64,000 nucleotides of DNA from Octopus sinensis (GCF_006345805.1 NC_043010.1:51708001-51772000); one strand, 5' to 3'. Positions 25,632-40,231 are shown, counted from the stretch's first letter. Numbers and translations are program-made. The notes: a model not told the origin generated them from the letters alone.

Positions 25632-25853
25632 AGAGAAAAATTAGAAAGCATCTGACAATACAGAAAGTTTTATAAAGCCTTTATATTTCAGGTGCAAAGA
25701 CCCATCTTCAGAAGAGAAACAGTCTGAGAAATGTCAGAACCTGCATAACAAAAGATTTCCCAGACTGTTTTTTTTCTGAAGATGGGCCTTTGTGCCTGAA
25801 ATATAAAGGTTTTATAAAACTTTCTGCATTGTCAGAAACTTTCTGTTTTCTCT
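25632..25853. repeat. Fold-back inverted repeat with a hammerhead-like core in each arm
   Basis: Arms of about 95 bp; CTGAAGA t ggg(c/t)ctttg..cct GAAA on plus (25776-25801) and minus (25711-25686). Confidence 0.8.
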
Positions 25854-26042
25854 ATTTTTTTTACCTTTTTCAATATTACAATGCTTCAAGCAAACTACAC
25901 TAGTCATATTGTCCAACATTACAAGCTGAATTTTTCAGAACAAAATTTACAGCCAAAAGAAATGTAAGTTGACTTATACAGCAAGACAACTTTGGAAGGA
26001 CAAAAATTCCATGTGAAATGTAGCAGGATTTCAAAAGATAAT

Positions 26043-26290
26043 CATCATCATCATCATCATCATCATCATTTAACGTCCGCTTTCCATGCTGGCATGGGTT
26101 GGACGGTTCAACTGGGGTCTGAGAAGCCCAAAGGCTGCACCATCCCAGTCAGATCTGGCAGTGTTTCTACAGCTGGATGCCCTTCCTAACGCCAACCACT
26201 CCGTGAGTGTAGTGGGTGCTTTTTACGTGCCACCGACACAGATGCCAGATGAGGCTGGCGAACGGCCACGCTCGGATGGTGTTTGTTATG
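26043..26290 (-). mobile_element. Retroposon family B
   Basis: Inverted relative to 24965-25365, about 700 bp away. Confidence 0.85.
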
Positions 26291-26367
26291 TACATAATGA
26301 CAATGTTTGAATATCTATACGACATGTTTATACTATATATTACATCAACTTGTAGGCCAAAAATACA

Positions 26368-26590
26368 GTATGAAGAGGTGTAGAAAAGTTCCTGGCTCTG
26401 GGTAAAAGAAAATACAGTAGGATCAGTTAATTATGATTTTATTCAACATATTCCCTGCTCAGATTCACACACTTATCGCAGTGGTCCTTCAGTTTTTCTA
26501 AGCCCTGTAAAAGAACTTGGAAGGTTGGGCCCCTAACCAGGCCTTTTGTGATACCCTTAAAGCCAGGAACTTTTCAGCCCCCACTCGTTT
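26368..26590. mobile_element. Mariner-derived MITE, copy 2
   Basis: TIR aaaagttcctggct / agccaggaactttt; body matches 8533-8728. Confidence 0.8.
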
Positions 26591-27197
26591 ATATAAGAAT
26601 TTGTTATTTTTAAGACAATTCAGAACTGATTTGAGATTGCGGTTGATATTTCTTGCTCATTGAATGATCTGAAGTGGTTTTTTTCTTCCTTGATTTTTGC
26701 TTCTGTTGCTGTTGTTGTTGTGGATATTTTGTAGTTTTGTCATTTATCAAGCCATTTTCAAATAACCTTTTCAAGGAAAATAAACAAACTATAGCACTAT
26801 CACCATAAGCATCATCATCATCATCATCATCATGAACAGCAACATTATATTACAACTACACCACCACTACCACCACCACCACCACCACCACCACCACCAC
26901 CACTGACAGCTGATATTTTGAAGATGTGTTGACAGAAATGATTGCCATGGTAACTAGTATTTTGACGTGTTAGGTGGCATTTGTAGAACCAACGCTTAGC
27001 TTAACAAACAACAACAAGAGCAATAATGACAGCAACAAAAACTTCAAAAAATATAGTAATAATAATGATAGCAAATACAACAAACACCTCTTCAACAACA
27101 ACTATAAAACTAATGACCGCACTGATGACAACAACAACTACTACAACTATGACCTTAACCACAATAACAACAACAATTACAAGAAAATCATCTCTTA

Positions 27198-27666
<469 letters not shown>

Positions 27667-28434
27667 GGTAAGGCAGCAAGCTGGCAGAAACGTTAGCACA
27701 CCAGGAGAAATGCTTAGCATCAATAAAAATAATAACAACAACCAGGTGGTTATGAAGCAATTCTCAGTTTAGTGTTAACTTTAAAGATTTTCTGAGTTCA
27801 AACTCACCCTGGGTCAACCTCATCTATTCTCTTCCTGGGGTTGCCAAAAGGGCTGTCATACTTGACTGTACCTACACATGTAAGTGAGGCTGTCTTATCT
27901 CAATCAGAAATCCTTACTATGATGGTGGTGGTGGTGGTGTGGTGAGGGTGATGGTTGTGGTGAGGGTGATGGTTGTGGCATGGATGAGGGTGATGGTGGT
28001 GATAGTGAAGGTAGCTATGGTTGTCATGGCAATGGATGATAAAGCAATGAATAAAAAGAAAACACTTGTGGTATTTAATAGTTTAATAGTCTGCCGCTAC
28101 GTTCTGAGTTCAAATTCCGCCGACATTGACTTTGCCTTTCATCCTTTCGGGGTTGATTAAATAAGTACCAGTTACGCACTGGGGTCGAACTAATCGACAT
28201 AATCCGTTTGTCTGTCCTTGTTTGTCCTCTCTGTGTTTAGCCCCTTGTGGGTAGTAAAGAAATACGTATTTAATAGTTTTCCTTTGCATTTGAGTTCAAA
28301 TCCTGCTAACATTGTTTATGTTTTTGATCCTTCTGATGGTCATTAACATAAGTATTTAGAGGGCAAAGGTAAGGTTCAAATGACTATACACTCCCTGAAA
28401 TTTGTGGTCTTGTGTATATAAAAGATACCATTAT

Positions 28435-29215
28435 AAGGGGGATAGTGGATGACAGTGAGAAACCATTGTGTGGAGGGTGGTGGAGGAAAATAAGAAACCA
28501 TTATGAAGAGGGTAATGGAGGACAGTAAAAAACCATTAGAGAAAGGTGGTGGAGGTCAGTAAGAAACCATTATGAGGAGGGTTGTGGAGGACAGTAAGAA
28601 AGCAGTAAGAAATCATTATGATGAAGATGGATTGTAGGAAACCATTATGAGAAGTTTGGTGGGGAACTGTAAGAAATCATTCTTTTCTTTTCTACTCTAG
28701 GCTCAAGGCCCGAAATTTTGGGGGAGGGAGCAGTCAATTAGATCTACACCAGTATACAACTGGTACTTAATTTATCAACCCCGAAAGGATGAAAGGTAAA
28801 GTGAACCTCAGTGGAATTTGATCTCAGAACGTAGCGGCAGACAAAATACCTATTTCTTTACTACCCACAAGGGGCTACACACAGAGGGGACAAACAAGGA
28901 CAGACAAACGGATTAAGTCGTTTATATTGACCCCAGTGCGTAACTGGTACTTATTTAATCGACCCTGAAAGGATGAAAGGCAAAGTCGACCTCGGCAGAA
29001 TTTGAACTCAGAACGTAACAGCAGATGAAATACCGCTAAGCATTTCTCCCGGCATGCTAACGTTTCTGCCAGCTTGCTGCCTTACCGTAAGAAATCATTG
29101 AGAGCAGAATGATGGAGAGTAAGGAACCATTGTGAGGAGGGTGGTGGGGACAATAAGAAATCCTTGTGAGGATGGAGAATAAGAAACTGTTGTAAGGAGA
29201 GTGGTGAATGACAAA
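28435..29215. repeat. Degenerate minisatellite (unit about 31 bp), split by a SINE
   Basis: Units like gagggtggtggaggacagtaagaaaccattatg. Confidence 0.8.
28682..29086 (-). mobile_element. SINE family C dimer with 13-bp target-site duplication
   Basis: gtaagaaatcatt at 28669-28681 and 29087-29099. Confidence 0.85.
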
Positions 29216-29476
29216 TCACTAGAGCAATGGACGAAGTGCTTTGCAGCATTTAGTTAAAACTCTTAAATCTTATCTTCCAAGATCAAATCCTGACAAAGTT
29301 ATGTGCATATGTGCTAGTGCATCTGTGTGTTTGCGTATATTTGTGTATGTGTGTATAATATTTTGCATGTGTGTATGTGTGCATGTGTATCTACTTGAGT
29401 GTCTTTGCATGTATAAACATGTATAAACATGTATAAACATGTATAAACATGTGTAAGTCTGTATGCATTTTTATAT

Positions 29477-29882
29477 ACTCTTTACTCTTTTACTTGTTTC
29501 AGTCATTTGACTGCGGCCATGCTGAAGCACCACCTTTAATCAGGCAAATCGACCCCAGGACTTATTCTTTTGTAAGCCCAGTACTTATTTTATCGGTCTC
29601 TTTTGCCGAACCGCTAAGTAACAGGGACATAAACACACCAGCATCGGTTGTCAAGCAATGCTAGGGGGACAAACACAGACACACAAACACATACACACAC
29701 ATATATATATACATATATACGACAGGCTTCTTTCAGTTTCCATCTACCAAATCCACTCACAAGGCTTTGGTCGGCCCGAGGCTATAGTTGAAGACACTTA
29801 CCTAAGGTGCCACGCAGTGGGACTGAACCCAGAACCATGTGGTTGGTAAACAAGCTACTTACCACACAGCCACTCCTGCGCC
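29477..29882 (-). mobile_element. SINE family A
   Basis: Full-length copy, 150 bp from SDR exon 30031-30092. Confidence 0.88.
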
Positions 29883-30030
29883 CTATGTGTGTATATTTGT
29901 GTATACATTTTTACGTGTGTGTGTGTGTGTCTGAAAAAAGTGTGCATATGTGCTCACATGGATGGATGTGTGTGTGTGAGCGCGTGTGTGTGTGTGCATC
30001 CATATGTAAAATATAAAAAACTGTACTTAC

Positions 30031-30092
30031 CTTTGTGACCAACTCATTGTTCACCAAATAGCTGACCAGATTACGACCTATAAATCCGGTAC
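30031..30092 (-). CDS. Extended SDR / NAD-dependent epimerase-dehydratase (CG5854-like), first identified coding exon: (G)TGFIGRNLVSYLVNNELVTK
   Basis: Minus strand ttctcattacag|GTACCGGATTT...GTCACAAAG|gtaagtac; 62 nt, phase 1 to 0. Encodes the Rossmann GxGFIG nucleotide-binding motif. The preceding exon (start codon to ..LG) was not found. Confidence 0.92.
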
Positions 30093-30699
30093 CTGTAATG
30101 AGAAAATAAGAAGAACCATGACAATAGCAATAACTATGAACACAGCGATAAGCAGTCATTTGGTTTGCTAGAAATAGCAGTCAATTCTCCTACAAATGAT
30201 ACCCTACCATATGAATCATCAAAAGAAGGACACACTGAACAATAGATGACATGTAAACATGGTACCTGGAATGAAAAATAATAGAACAAAAATAATAATA
30301 ACGACAAGCTTAGACAGTATGCAGCCATTTGGTTTGCTAGAAATAACAGTCAAATCTCCCTCAGATGAAACCCTAATGTACAAATCAAAGGAAGAACATA
30401 CTGAACAATAATGTAGTCTGAGCTGCACACTGCTGGAAAAAATGATGTGATGATCACAGCTTGAACCTTCTGAAAACAAATTTGCTCAATCAGGATTGAC
30501 CCAGGGCTAAACAAGCAAAATAATTATAAGCATGATTCCTATCATTGGTCCAAGGCCACAATTGATATCAACTCTCAATATATTACTGGTACTTATTTTA
30601 ATTAATAAAGGGCAATGACAGCTCAAGGGGGGTTTGAACTAAGAATGTCAAAGGACATAACAATGTCAGTGTGCATGTGCAACAGAATACTGGGGTATT

Positions 30700-30870
30700 G
30701 AGTGAGAAGTTGGGCATAAGAGGAATTAGATGCAGTGTGCAAGAGAGGAGACAGTGCTGGTTTGGTTATGTGATGAGGATGGATGGGGACAGCTGCACAA
30801 AGAAGTGTTGATCACTTAGAGGGAAGTTGTGGAAAAGGGAAATCCAGGAGGAAGAATTAAAAGCCCATCT
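30700..30870 (+). mobile_element. RTE-clade LINE C-terminal fragment
   Basis: EKLGIRGIRCSVQERRQCWFGYVMRMDGDSCTKKC resembles the RTE LRWFGHVxRM motif. Confidence 0.7.
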
Positions 30871-31584
30871 GAAAAGAAGGAGAGGATAGAGATATGTGAC
30901 GTGTTGCTGTACTCAAGAAGACCAGTCCACTGTGGTGTATGCGGGAGATTTTAAATAAGGACACCTACCTTCTCTTCGTTGACACAGACCTCCCCAACGG
31001 TAATGCACCCTTCCACGTGGCCCAACCCAAACGCTAAAAATAGCAGCTGCTTTTCCCCTACCTTGAAAAGCGCTCACACATCCAGCTCTGTCGGCTACCC
31101 TGATCGAAAAGGTCCAATGCTCCCCTGCCTGCATGCGCATCACTTCTCCCTTTCCTCTTCTGGGCAGCCCCAAGTTCTGGTCAGCTCACCCAGCTGCTGA
31201 CGTAATCCCACATCCACCACAACAGAATGAATATCCTAAGTCCAAGGTCCCACGTAAAAAGCATTGATGTGGGTGTTAGTGCCATGTAAAAGCCACCCAG
31301 TGCACTCTGTAAAGTGGTTAGCATTAGGAAGGGCATCCAACTACAGAAACCAAATCAAAACAAACTATGGAACTTGCAGTGACTTGCCAGTTCCTGTCAA
31401 GCCATCCAACCCATGCCAGCATGGAAAACAGACAACAAATGTTGATGATGATGATGATGAGGATGATATTGATGATAATAAAACCTAAATATTACTAATC
31501 TCTTCCAAAGATGTCCTAGTAATAATAATTACAATTAAACAGTGGTTGGGCAGTTAAAAAACTTGCTTCCCAACCATGTAGTTG

Positions 31585-31812
31585 ATTTCTTTATTGCTCA
31601 CAAGGGGCTAAACATGGAGGGGACAAACAAGGACAGACAAAGGGATTAAGTCGATTACATCAACTCCAATGCATAACTGGTACTTTATTTATCAACTCCA
31701 AAAGGATGAAAGGCAAAGTTGACCTCGGTGGAATTTGAACTCAGAACATAACGGCAGACGAAATACTGCTAACCATTTCGTCCGGCGTGCTAACGTTTCT
31801 GCCAGCTCGCCA
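31585..31812 (-). mobile_element. SINE family C
   Basis: Same core; other copies at 28085-28265 and 53800-54012. Confidence 0.8.
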
Positions 31813-33058
31813 CTTCCCAACCATGTAGGTTTGGGTTCGGTTTCACTGCATGGCACCTTAGAAAAACATCTTCTTCTTGAGTCCCAAGCTAACAAAGGCC
31901 TTATGAGTGGATTTTGATGAAGGAAATTATGTGGAAGCCCACCATTCGTATATGTCCTATTGTATGTAAGCTCCATGTATGTATGTGCATATGTGTGTTC
32001 TTGTCTTCAGATCACATGATAGCTGTAAGCGTACCCATTCCTCAGTGAAAAACATGGCTGGCCATCAGGAAATGTTACCTGACTTCGCAAAACAAGTGAG
32101 TGGGTGACAGGAAGGGCGTCTGGTTGTATAAATTATACCTTTATTTATACAGGAAAACATGGAAAAGTGGGCACCTCTGGGTTCCTCATTCACTCACACA
32201 TACATAAATTATACACGCATTTTATCATAAACACACGAGCCAATTCTTCAAGAAAATACCTTTATCCCTCTCTCTTTCTGTCTATCTGTCTATCACACAC
32301 ACATACACACACACACAGATAGACATGCACAGTGTTTATTTTATTTGCTTCCATCTTCACACACAACCTCTCTTTCTCTCATCATACCCACATACATACT
32401 CTCTCTCTCTCTTTCACACACACATGCATGTAGCTTCTTTTTCTCTCTCTCTTTCTTTCTCTTTCTATCACACAGTCTCTTTCTGTCTGTCTGTCTCTTT
32501 CTCCTTTGCTCTCTCTTTCTCTCTCACTACATCCACACATATACTCTCTTTCTCTCTCTCTCTCTCCTTCACTCACACAGCTTCTTCTTCTTCCTCTACC
32601 TCTCCCTGTTTCTCCCCACGGTCTCTTTTCTCTTCCTCTTCCACAATCTTCCTGCCTCACACACAGACAGAGTTTCTCTCTCTTCCCCTTTCTTTCTCTG
32701 TCTCCTTTTCCCATACGGTCTCTTTATTTAATCTCTCTCTCTCCCTTCCTCCCTCTCTCTCTCCCTTCCTCCCTCTCTCTCTCTCTCTATCTCTCTCTGT
32801 CTGTCTCTCTCTCTCTTTCCACACACAAACACAGATTCTGAACAATCTCTTCAGTATTCAGTAACTAAGTGAAGCGAGTAATCCAGCTTCAAGGACATGC
32901 ACTTGCACACACACACACACACGCACACACAAGCAAACTTCTTAAACATACACAGATGCAATCTCCATAATGCCTACACACATATACAAACACAAACATC
33001 GGACACGTAATCAAATTTATACATACATTATATATATACATACACAATATATATATGC

Positions 33059-33103
<45 letters not shown>

Positions 33104-33105
33104 AA

Positions 33106-33136
<31 letters not shown>

Positions 33137-33213
33137 AATAATATATATATACATATATACATAAATAATATATATATATATACATATATACACAATATAT
33201 GTATATATATATA

Positions 33214-33256
<43 letters not shown>

Positions 33257-33554
33257 ATATATATACTCTTTTACTCATTTCAGCCATGCGGCTGAGGTCA
33301 TGCTGGAGCACCACCATGGTCTTTCTGACTTCCTCAGTCTGGGTGTTTCACATCACCACCCCTGTATGTGCCTTTTTCCCAGCTGTTGGTACATTTGATG
33401 TATAATTGAGTTTGATTCTGCTGCTCTTGTCTGTACCTCATGTCAGGCTGTTGGTTCAACCAGTATTGTGGAGAGGGGGATGTCTAATTCCTTTTTGAAG
33501 ACATCTACTTCCACCTTATGCAAATTTCTTAATTTTTGTGCCAGGGCATTGAAA

Positions 33555-33970
33555 AGTTGTCATGGCGATACCTGCTCAGAGGCCTACAGAAAGTAGCAGA
33601 AAGTGTATGGAGAGGAGTGTATGAGCCGCACACAAGTGTACAAGTGGTCCAGACGTTTCCAAGATGATTGAAAAATGTCAATATTGATTAATGTTCTGGG
33701 AGACCCGCAACCAGCAGAACTGAGAAAAACAACACAGATGTGCATGCAGCTGTGAGGGTAGATCATTGAATCACCATCCACGTGTTATCAGAGGATGTGC
33801 AGATTAATTATGGTTCAGTTTAGTCCATTATCACTGAAGATTTGGGTATGAAACGTATGTCTGCCAAGTTTGTGCCAAAACTGCTTTCAGCTGCCTACAA
33901 AGAGACTTGGGTTTCAGTTGCACAAGATCTCCTTGATTATGCTGAGAAATGATGAAAACTTTTTGAAAAC
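33555..33970 (+). mobile_element. Mariner transposase N-terminal fragment
   Basis: VYGEECMSRTQVYKWSRRF..SGRP..EDLGMKRMSAKFVPKLL with stops; a related minus-strand piece lies at 34385-34490. Confidence 0.85.
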
Positions 33971-33976
33971 TTCGCA

Positions 33977-34375
33977 TAGGCGTAGGAGTGGCTGTGCGGT
34001 AAGTAGCTTGCTTATGAACCACATGGTTCTGGGTTCATTCCCACTGCGTGGCACCTTGGGCAAGTGTCTTCTACTATAGCCTCGGGCTGACCGAAGCCTT
34101 GTGAGTGGATTTGGTAGACAGAAACTGAAAGAAGCCCGTCATAAATATGTATGTGTGTGTGTGTGTGTGTGTGTTTGTGTGTTTGTGTGTGTCCCCAACA
34201 TCGCTTGACAACCGATGCTGGTGTATATACATCCCCGTAACTTAGCAGTTCAGCAAAAGAGACCGATAGAATAAGTACTAGGCTTACAAAGAATAAGTCC
34301 TGGGGTCAATTTGCTCAACAATTTGCCCCAGCATGGCCACAGTCAAATGACTGAAACAAATAAAAGAGTAAAGAG
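33977..34375 (+). mobile_element. SINE family A
   Basis: Full-length copy. Confidence 0.88.
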
Positions 34376-34727
34376 AGAGAGAGTAATAGGCCTCAGAGCA
34401 GATATCACCAACCTTTTGGCAAAATTTGAAGCAGATTCTCTGCTCAACTTTCTCTGTCACAATCAATGCAAAGAACACACGCTACACACCTTCATTCCAA
34501 GCACTGCTGTAAACAGAAGAAGCAAGACAGAACAATTAAATTTGGTGCATATGCACTGCAGTGTTCAAGGTCAATTTGAGCCAAGAAGCTTCACTCTGTG
34601 TGGTTTAGCTTCGTTACTATGGCAACAGTCTGGATACTTATTGATGAGACCATGCATGTATGTATGTAAATATATAGATCCAATATGGGTAGAATCAATA
34701 AAAAAGTACTCTATCCAGTGAGAGATA

Positions 34728-34962
34728 ATTGTCAATTTAGTACACAATTACAAGAAAGATACAAATAGTTTCATGCTTTTATGATACTTAATATTGGCAG
34801 ATTTATAAAATACACCAGGTACCTCCAAGCATGAACCAAGCATGAACCAAGCCTGAAAGATTGCTTGGAGATGCATGGTGTGTTTTATAAATCTGCCAGC
34901 TTTAAGTATTGTAAAAACATGAAACTATGAACAGCTCTTTCGTAATTGTGTATTAAATTGAT
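34728..34962. repeat. Fold-back inverted repeat
   Basis: Arms tcaatttagtacacaattac..ctccaagc / gcttggag..gtaattgtgtattaaattga. Confidence 0.8.
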
Positions 34963-35036
34963 TGTGTGTGTGTGTGTTTTAAATACATTTTTTAAAGCCA
35001 AAACGATGCAAGTTATATAAAATTTATAATTTATAT

Positions 35037-35242
35037 AGGCATAGGAGTGAGTGTGTGGTAAGTAGCTTGCTTACCAACCACATGGTTCCGGGTTCAGTCC
35101 CACTGCGTGGCACCTTGGGCAAGTGTCTTCTGCTATAGCCTCGGGCCGACCAAAGCCTTGTGAGTGGATTTGGTAGACGGAAACTGAAAGCCCGTCGTAT
35201 ATATGTATGTATATAATATATATATATGTGTGTGTGTGTGTG

Positions 35243-35273
<31 letters not shown>

Positions 35274-35472
35274 AGTGTTTGTGTATCTGTGTTTGTCCCC
35301 CACCAACATCGCTTGACAACCGATGCTGGTGTGTTTACGTCCCCGTAAAAAGAGTTGGATAGAATAAGTACTAGGCTTACAAAGAATAAGTCCTAGGGTC
35401 GATTTGCTTGGCTAAACACGGAGCTCCAGCATGGCCACAGTCAAATGACTGAAACAAGTAAAAGAGTAAAAG
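35037..35472 (+). mobile_element. SINE family A
   Basis: Full-length copy. Confidence 0.88.
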
Positions 35473-35933
35473 ATTACAGGTCAATAGTTTGTACTATTAC
35501 CTGGTATTTCAAAATTTCAGGGAAATCTATAGAGAAATGATGCTAATAGCTGATGTATCTAGGCTAACTAAGAGCCTGAAAAGAAGCAAGGATGCTTAGA
35601 ACAAACATATGAAAATGCTTTGGACAAGCAAAGGATAAATATCATGTCATGGCCAGAATGTCATAGAGATTTTGCTCAGAATTTTTTTTTTTTTTCCTTA
35701 TGACCCAGACTGACCTGGAGTTGAAACATTACCAATGACACAAGGACACTTGAATAACCATTTCTATAAGCAACAACAGCAACAACAGATACAAAGATCT
35801 TAGATTTGATGTTGGCAGATTCTGAGACACAATATGACATCAACAGAGAATTCTTAAGTAGGTGACACAAATAGAAACACTTAGCTCATACACAGATTCT
35901 CACATTCACACACATACAGACAGATGTGTTTAT

Positions 35934-35992
<59 letters not shown>

Positions 35993-36041
35993 TATACACA
36001 TTCATATGTGTTTATATATGTGTGTGTGTGTGTGTGTGTGT

Positions 36042-36077
<36 letters not shown>

Positions 36078-36139
36078 CACTGGCAGTATCCCAGCATGGC
36101 CACCGCCTCAGAACTGAAACATGTGAAAGAATAAAATAA

Positions 36140-36412
<273 letters not shown>

Positions 36413-36540
36413 ATATATATACACATGTACTCACACAGACATACACACAAATGTGCATCTATAAATAAATATACAAACACAGACACAAATACACACACAT
36501 ATGCATATGAAACAGATGTCTCTCTGTTTAGTTGTCTCTC

Positions 36541-36577
<37 letters not shown>

Positions 36578-36865
36578 ATACACACTTTCTCTGTCAAACA
36601 CACACGTGCACTTAATCATAGATTGTATTTATAAATACACACATAAACACACATACCTACATAACAATTTGCTATTACACCAGCATACATATAAACACTA
36701 TAAACACACGCACGCATATATATGCACTGGAGGACATGGTTTATAAAAAGTGGTGCATTCTGGGTTGCCATGTATTTTCTCAACAGAAATCAGTGGCACA
36801 CAAGAACCACATCCCCATCACACACACACACACACACACATAACAAAGCAGTATGAACTAACATC

Positions 36866-36909
<44 letters not shown>

Positions 36910-36912
<3 letters not shown>

Positions 36913-37265
36913 GTCTGTGTGGTAAGAAGATTGCTTCCCAACCATATGGTTCCAGGTTCAGTCCCACTGAGTGGCACCTTGGGCCAACCAAATCCTTGTG
37001 AGTGGATTTGGTACACAGGAACTGAAAGCAGCCCATTGTGTGTGTGTGTGTGTGTGTGTGTCCGTGTTTGTCCCCCCCAGCATCACTCGACAACCAATGT
37101 TGGTATGTTTTCGTTCCCAAAACTTAGCGGTTCAGCAAATGAGACTGATAGAATAAGTACTAGGCTCCCAAAGAATAAGTCCTGGGGTCGATTTGCTCGA
37201 CTAAATGTGGTGCTCCAGCATGGCCACAGTCAAATGACTGAAACAAGTAAAAGAGTCAAAGAGAA
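36910..37265 (+). mobile_element. SINE family A
   Basis: Copy with a small internal deletion. Confidence 0.85.
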
Positions 37266-37496
37266 AGAATAAACTGTCAAATTTAGCTGAAACGCCCTTT
37301 ATGTATCCGTACGTATGTATACACACACACACACACAAGGTCACAAAGTGGTAAACTTTGTAACTTACTGATTTTTCTCATTTAGCTGCAGTTCCTCTTT
37401 TATTTTATTAGCCTTGTCTTTCGGTATCATATAACCAATTTTATTCATAGTTTTTACACATTGCAACACAATATATATATACATTCATATATACAC

Positions 37497-37499
<3 letters not shown>

Positions 37500-37554
<55 letters not shown>

Positions 37555-37830
37555 CATTGTGTACAGTGCTCAGGTGCACTACAACTCATCTAAAGTGTAT
37601 GTATAATCAGGTGTAGTTTCGGCGGATTTCGGAAAGCATGAGGGCCCTAAAGGATGCAGTGTCATGGCAGTCAACAACTGACACAGGCAGTTTGTTCCAT
37701 GCTTCAGCAACTCTGAGTGTGAAAAAATGTTTCTGAAAGTCATGGGAGCTGTGTTATTTTCTGACTTTGTAGGCATGTCCACGTGTGTTAGACACATGAA
37801 GATCAAAAAGGTGTTCATAAAAAACAGTAC
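37500..37830 (-). mobile_element. CR1/L2-clade LINE 3' end, second copy
   Basis: HVSNTRGHAYKVRK..FFTLRVAEAWNKLP on minus strand; same 3'UTR (gtgcacctgagcactgta) and (ATT)n tail. Confidence 0.85.
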
Positions 37831-38071
37831 ACACATACATCACATATATACACACATATAAAAAAGATATGTATACACATACATCATCACTTATATACAC
37901 ACATAAAAAACAGTATGCACACATGTCATCACATATATACATACACTAAAGCAGTATACAGATATATCATCAAATAAGTATGCTCACACACATGAAACAT
38001 TACACATACATACCATCACATACACACACACACATACATAACAAAACAGTATCTAGATATACTGTCACATA

Positions 38072-38680
38072 TACCGTAACTCCTCGAGTATAATCCGCAT
38101 TTTTTTCCCAAAATTTAAAGATCAAAATCCCTAGTGCGTACTATATACAAGGTTAAAAATGAAAAATATTTCCTTAGCAATGTCCGAGTCTCTATTTGCT
38201 GACCAGCAATGTTTATTCAGACACATTTAGGGGGCTGTACCTCAGAAAAACCTAAACCTTGTGTATAATACACACCCCTTCTTTAACTTGAGTCATGCAG
38301 CACCTAGTCGAACACTTCCGCGCATGCGTAATACAATAATGGTGATGTTCTTAACTGTTATATGGGGATGTAAATATGTTTTCAAATTGTTTTTGTTACA
38401 TGTTATTCTGTGTTCTGAAACTTTTATTTTAATAAATGTTGCTTACTGCAAGTTATGGATGATTCTTTTATGACTTCATTGCTTTTAGGCTTAGCTTAAT
38501 GTATTTTCACGCCCGGCATCACAGAATGCGTCTGAATAAACATTGCCAGACGGCAAATAGAGACTAGGACATTGCTTAAAAAATATTTTTCATTTTTAAC
38601 CTCGTATATAGTACGCACTAGGGATTTTGACCTTTAAATTTTGGGGAAAAAATGCAGATTATACTCGAGGATTTACAGTA
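38072..38680. mobile_element. MITE of about 600 bp with long TIRs (Tc1/mariner-pogo type)
   Basis: About 155-bp inverted arms starting taccgtaactcctcgagtataatccgca and ending tgcagattatactcgaggatttacagta; TA on both flanks. Confidence 0.8.
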
Positions 38681-40231
38681 TACAACAAATATATTTGGGT
38701 ATTTAATATAACTATTCAAATTTTCAGACCTGTGTTCTAAACTTTAGGCCACATCTATAAGTAGTACCATAGTTAGGAGAGTGACAGAGGGATGGGTGTA
38801 AGGAAGATATGGTGGAGAATGTTTGACATGTAGGGCTCAGCATGTACAGGCCCTAAACTGCTCCTCTAAGTCCTATGTCTTAACCACAAGACCATATTCT
38901 GCTATTTGACCCATAGCTGGGGCTCTTGACAATCACCCCAGAAAAGAGCAAGCTTGAGAGTAGTGGTAACTAAGGGTTGACTACATACTCCCTAAAACTC
39001 CGGAACTCCCAAGCTGGAGTCTCACTACCAAATGCTCTTGATATAAGAATGTATCAATAGTTTTCTTAATTTGGTACAATGATGCAGTGTAGCTGTTGTT
39101 TATCCTCAGGTCGACCCTGATTCAGTAGACAGACATTCCAGCTGTGATCATCCCATCTTTTTCCCCATATGCAGCAAACCCAGCACCAGTTTATCCTCTA
39201 GTGAGTCCTTCTCTTAAGGCAGAGAGGTGTAATTTGAGGGAGATTCAGCTGTTATTTCTAGGATGTAAAGTAATCTTGTAGAAGCTGCCTCACAATAAAG
39301 CTGTAATGTTGGTGGTTGATTAATTGGTCAGTTGGTTGCTGTTGTTGTTGTTGTTGGTGGTGGTGGTTGTGGTGGGGGGGGGTGATGACGGTGGTGGTAA
39401 TGGTCTGCAGTGTGTGTATGGTGAGGAAAAACCAGGTTAGTTGAGATTAACAAGAGAAGTACTGTTATCTAAAAATGTTCTGTGACTGAATTCTTGTAAA
39501 CAAACATGAGCCGGCTGCCACAGTAAAAGATGATGGGTGGAGTGAGAAGAGGAGGAGGAGGAGACAAAAATGATGAGGAGGAGGAGACAAAAAAAAGGAG
39601 GAAGAGAGGAGAACAACAACAGTAAACAGTCTTACAAGGAAGCTTCTATATGACTGCTCTACCGGCTAGGAATAACAAAATCTCTCTCAAATCATACCAT
39701 TTTTTTCTACCACCATTGGATAAAGTCTCTCAATAAGAAACACAACAAAATAATTCCACAATTAGATTTGAACATGTGACCTATGATTATGTAGCCCAAT
39801 GTTTTATTGATTCAGTCACCCCCATACCCAGCTCTCCACCACAAATGATGTCGAATAAATCCATACCATTTCCACCCAACTGCAATTCAAGTGAACAAAG
39901 GAGGCCTTTATGTAGTTGTCTGAACAGCTAAAAATTGCAGAAAAAAATCTTATTTCTTTTGACATTCCTCTCTTTGGAGATGTTTCTCTCAGATAAGATA
40001 TTACAGCTAGTGCAATTCCACATTTGTATATACATCATAGGTGCAAGCATGGCTATGTGGTGAAAAGCTTGTTTCATAACTACATGGTTCTATGTTCTGT
40101 TTATGTGACACTTCAGGCAAGTGTCTTCTACAATAGCTCTGAGATGACCAAAGCCTCGTGAAGGGATTAGGTAGACAAAAACTGAAAGGTGCCTATAGTG
40201 TTTGTGTGCTTTTGTGGCCAATGCCAGTGCT

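Noticed and set aside
28435-29215. Regularly spaced repeats of about 31 bp resembling a CRISPR array
   Set aside because: Units are contiguous and degenerate with no unique spacers; eukaryotic minisatellite.
34815-34845. FMLG(G)|gtacc look-alike of the missing first exon
   Set aside because: Lies in the centre of a fold-back repeat, weak donor, no acceptor or start.
35501-35526. 26-nt segment with good splice sites on the minus strand
   Set aside because: Open only in phase 1 to 0, incompatible with the phase-1 start of exon 30092; could at most be UTR.
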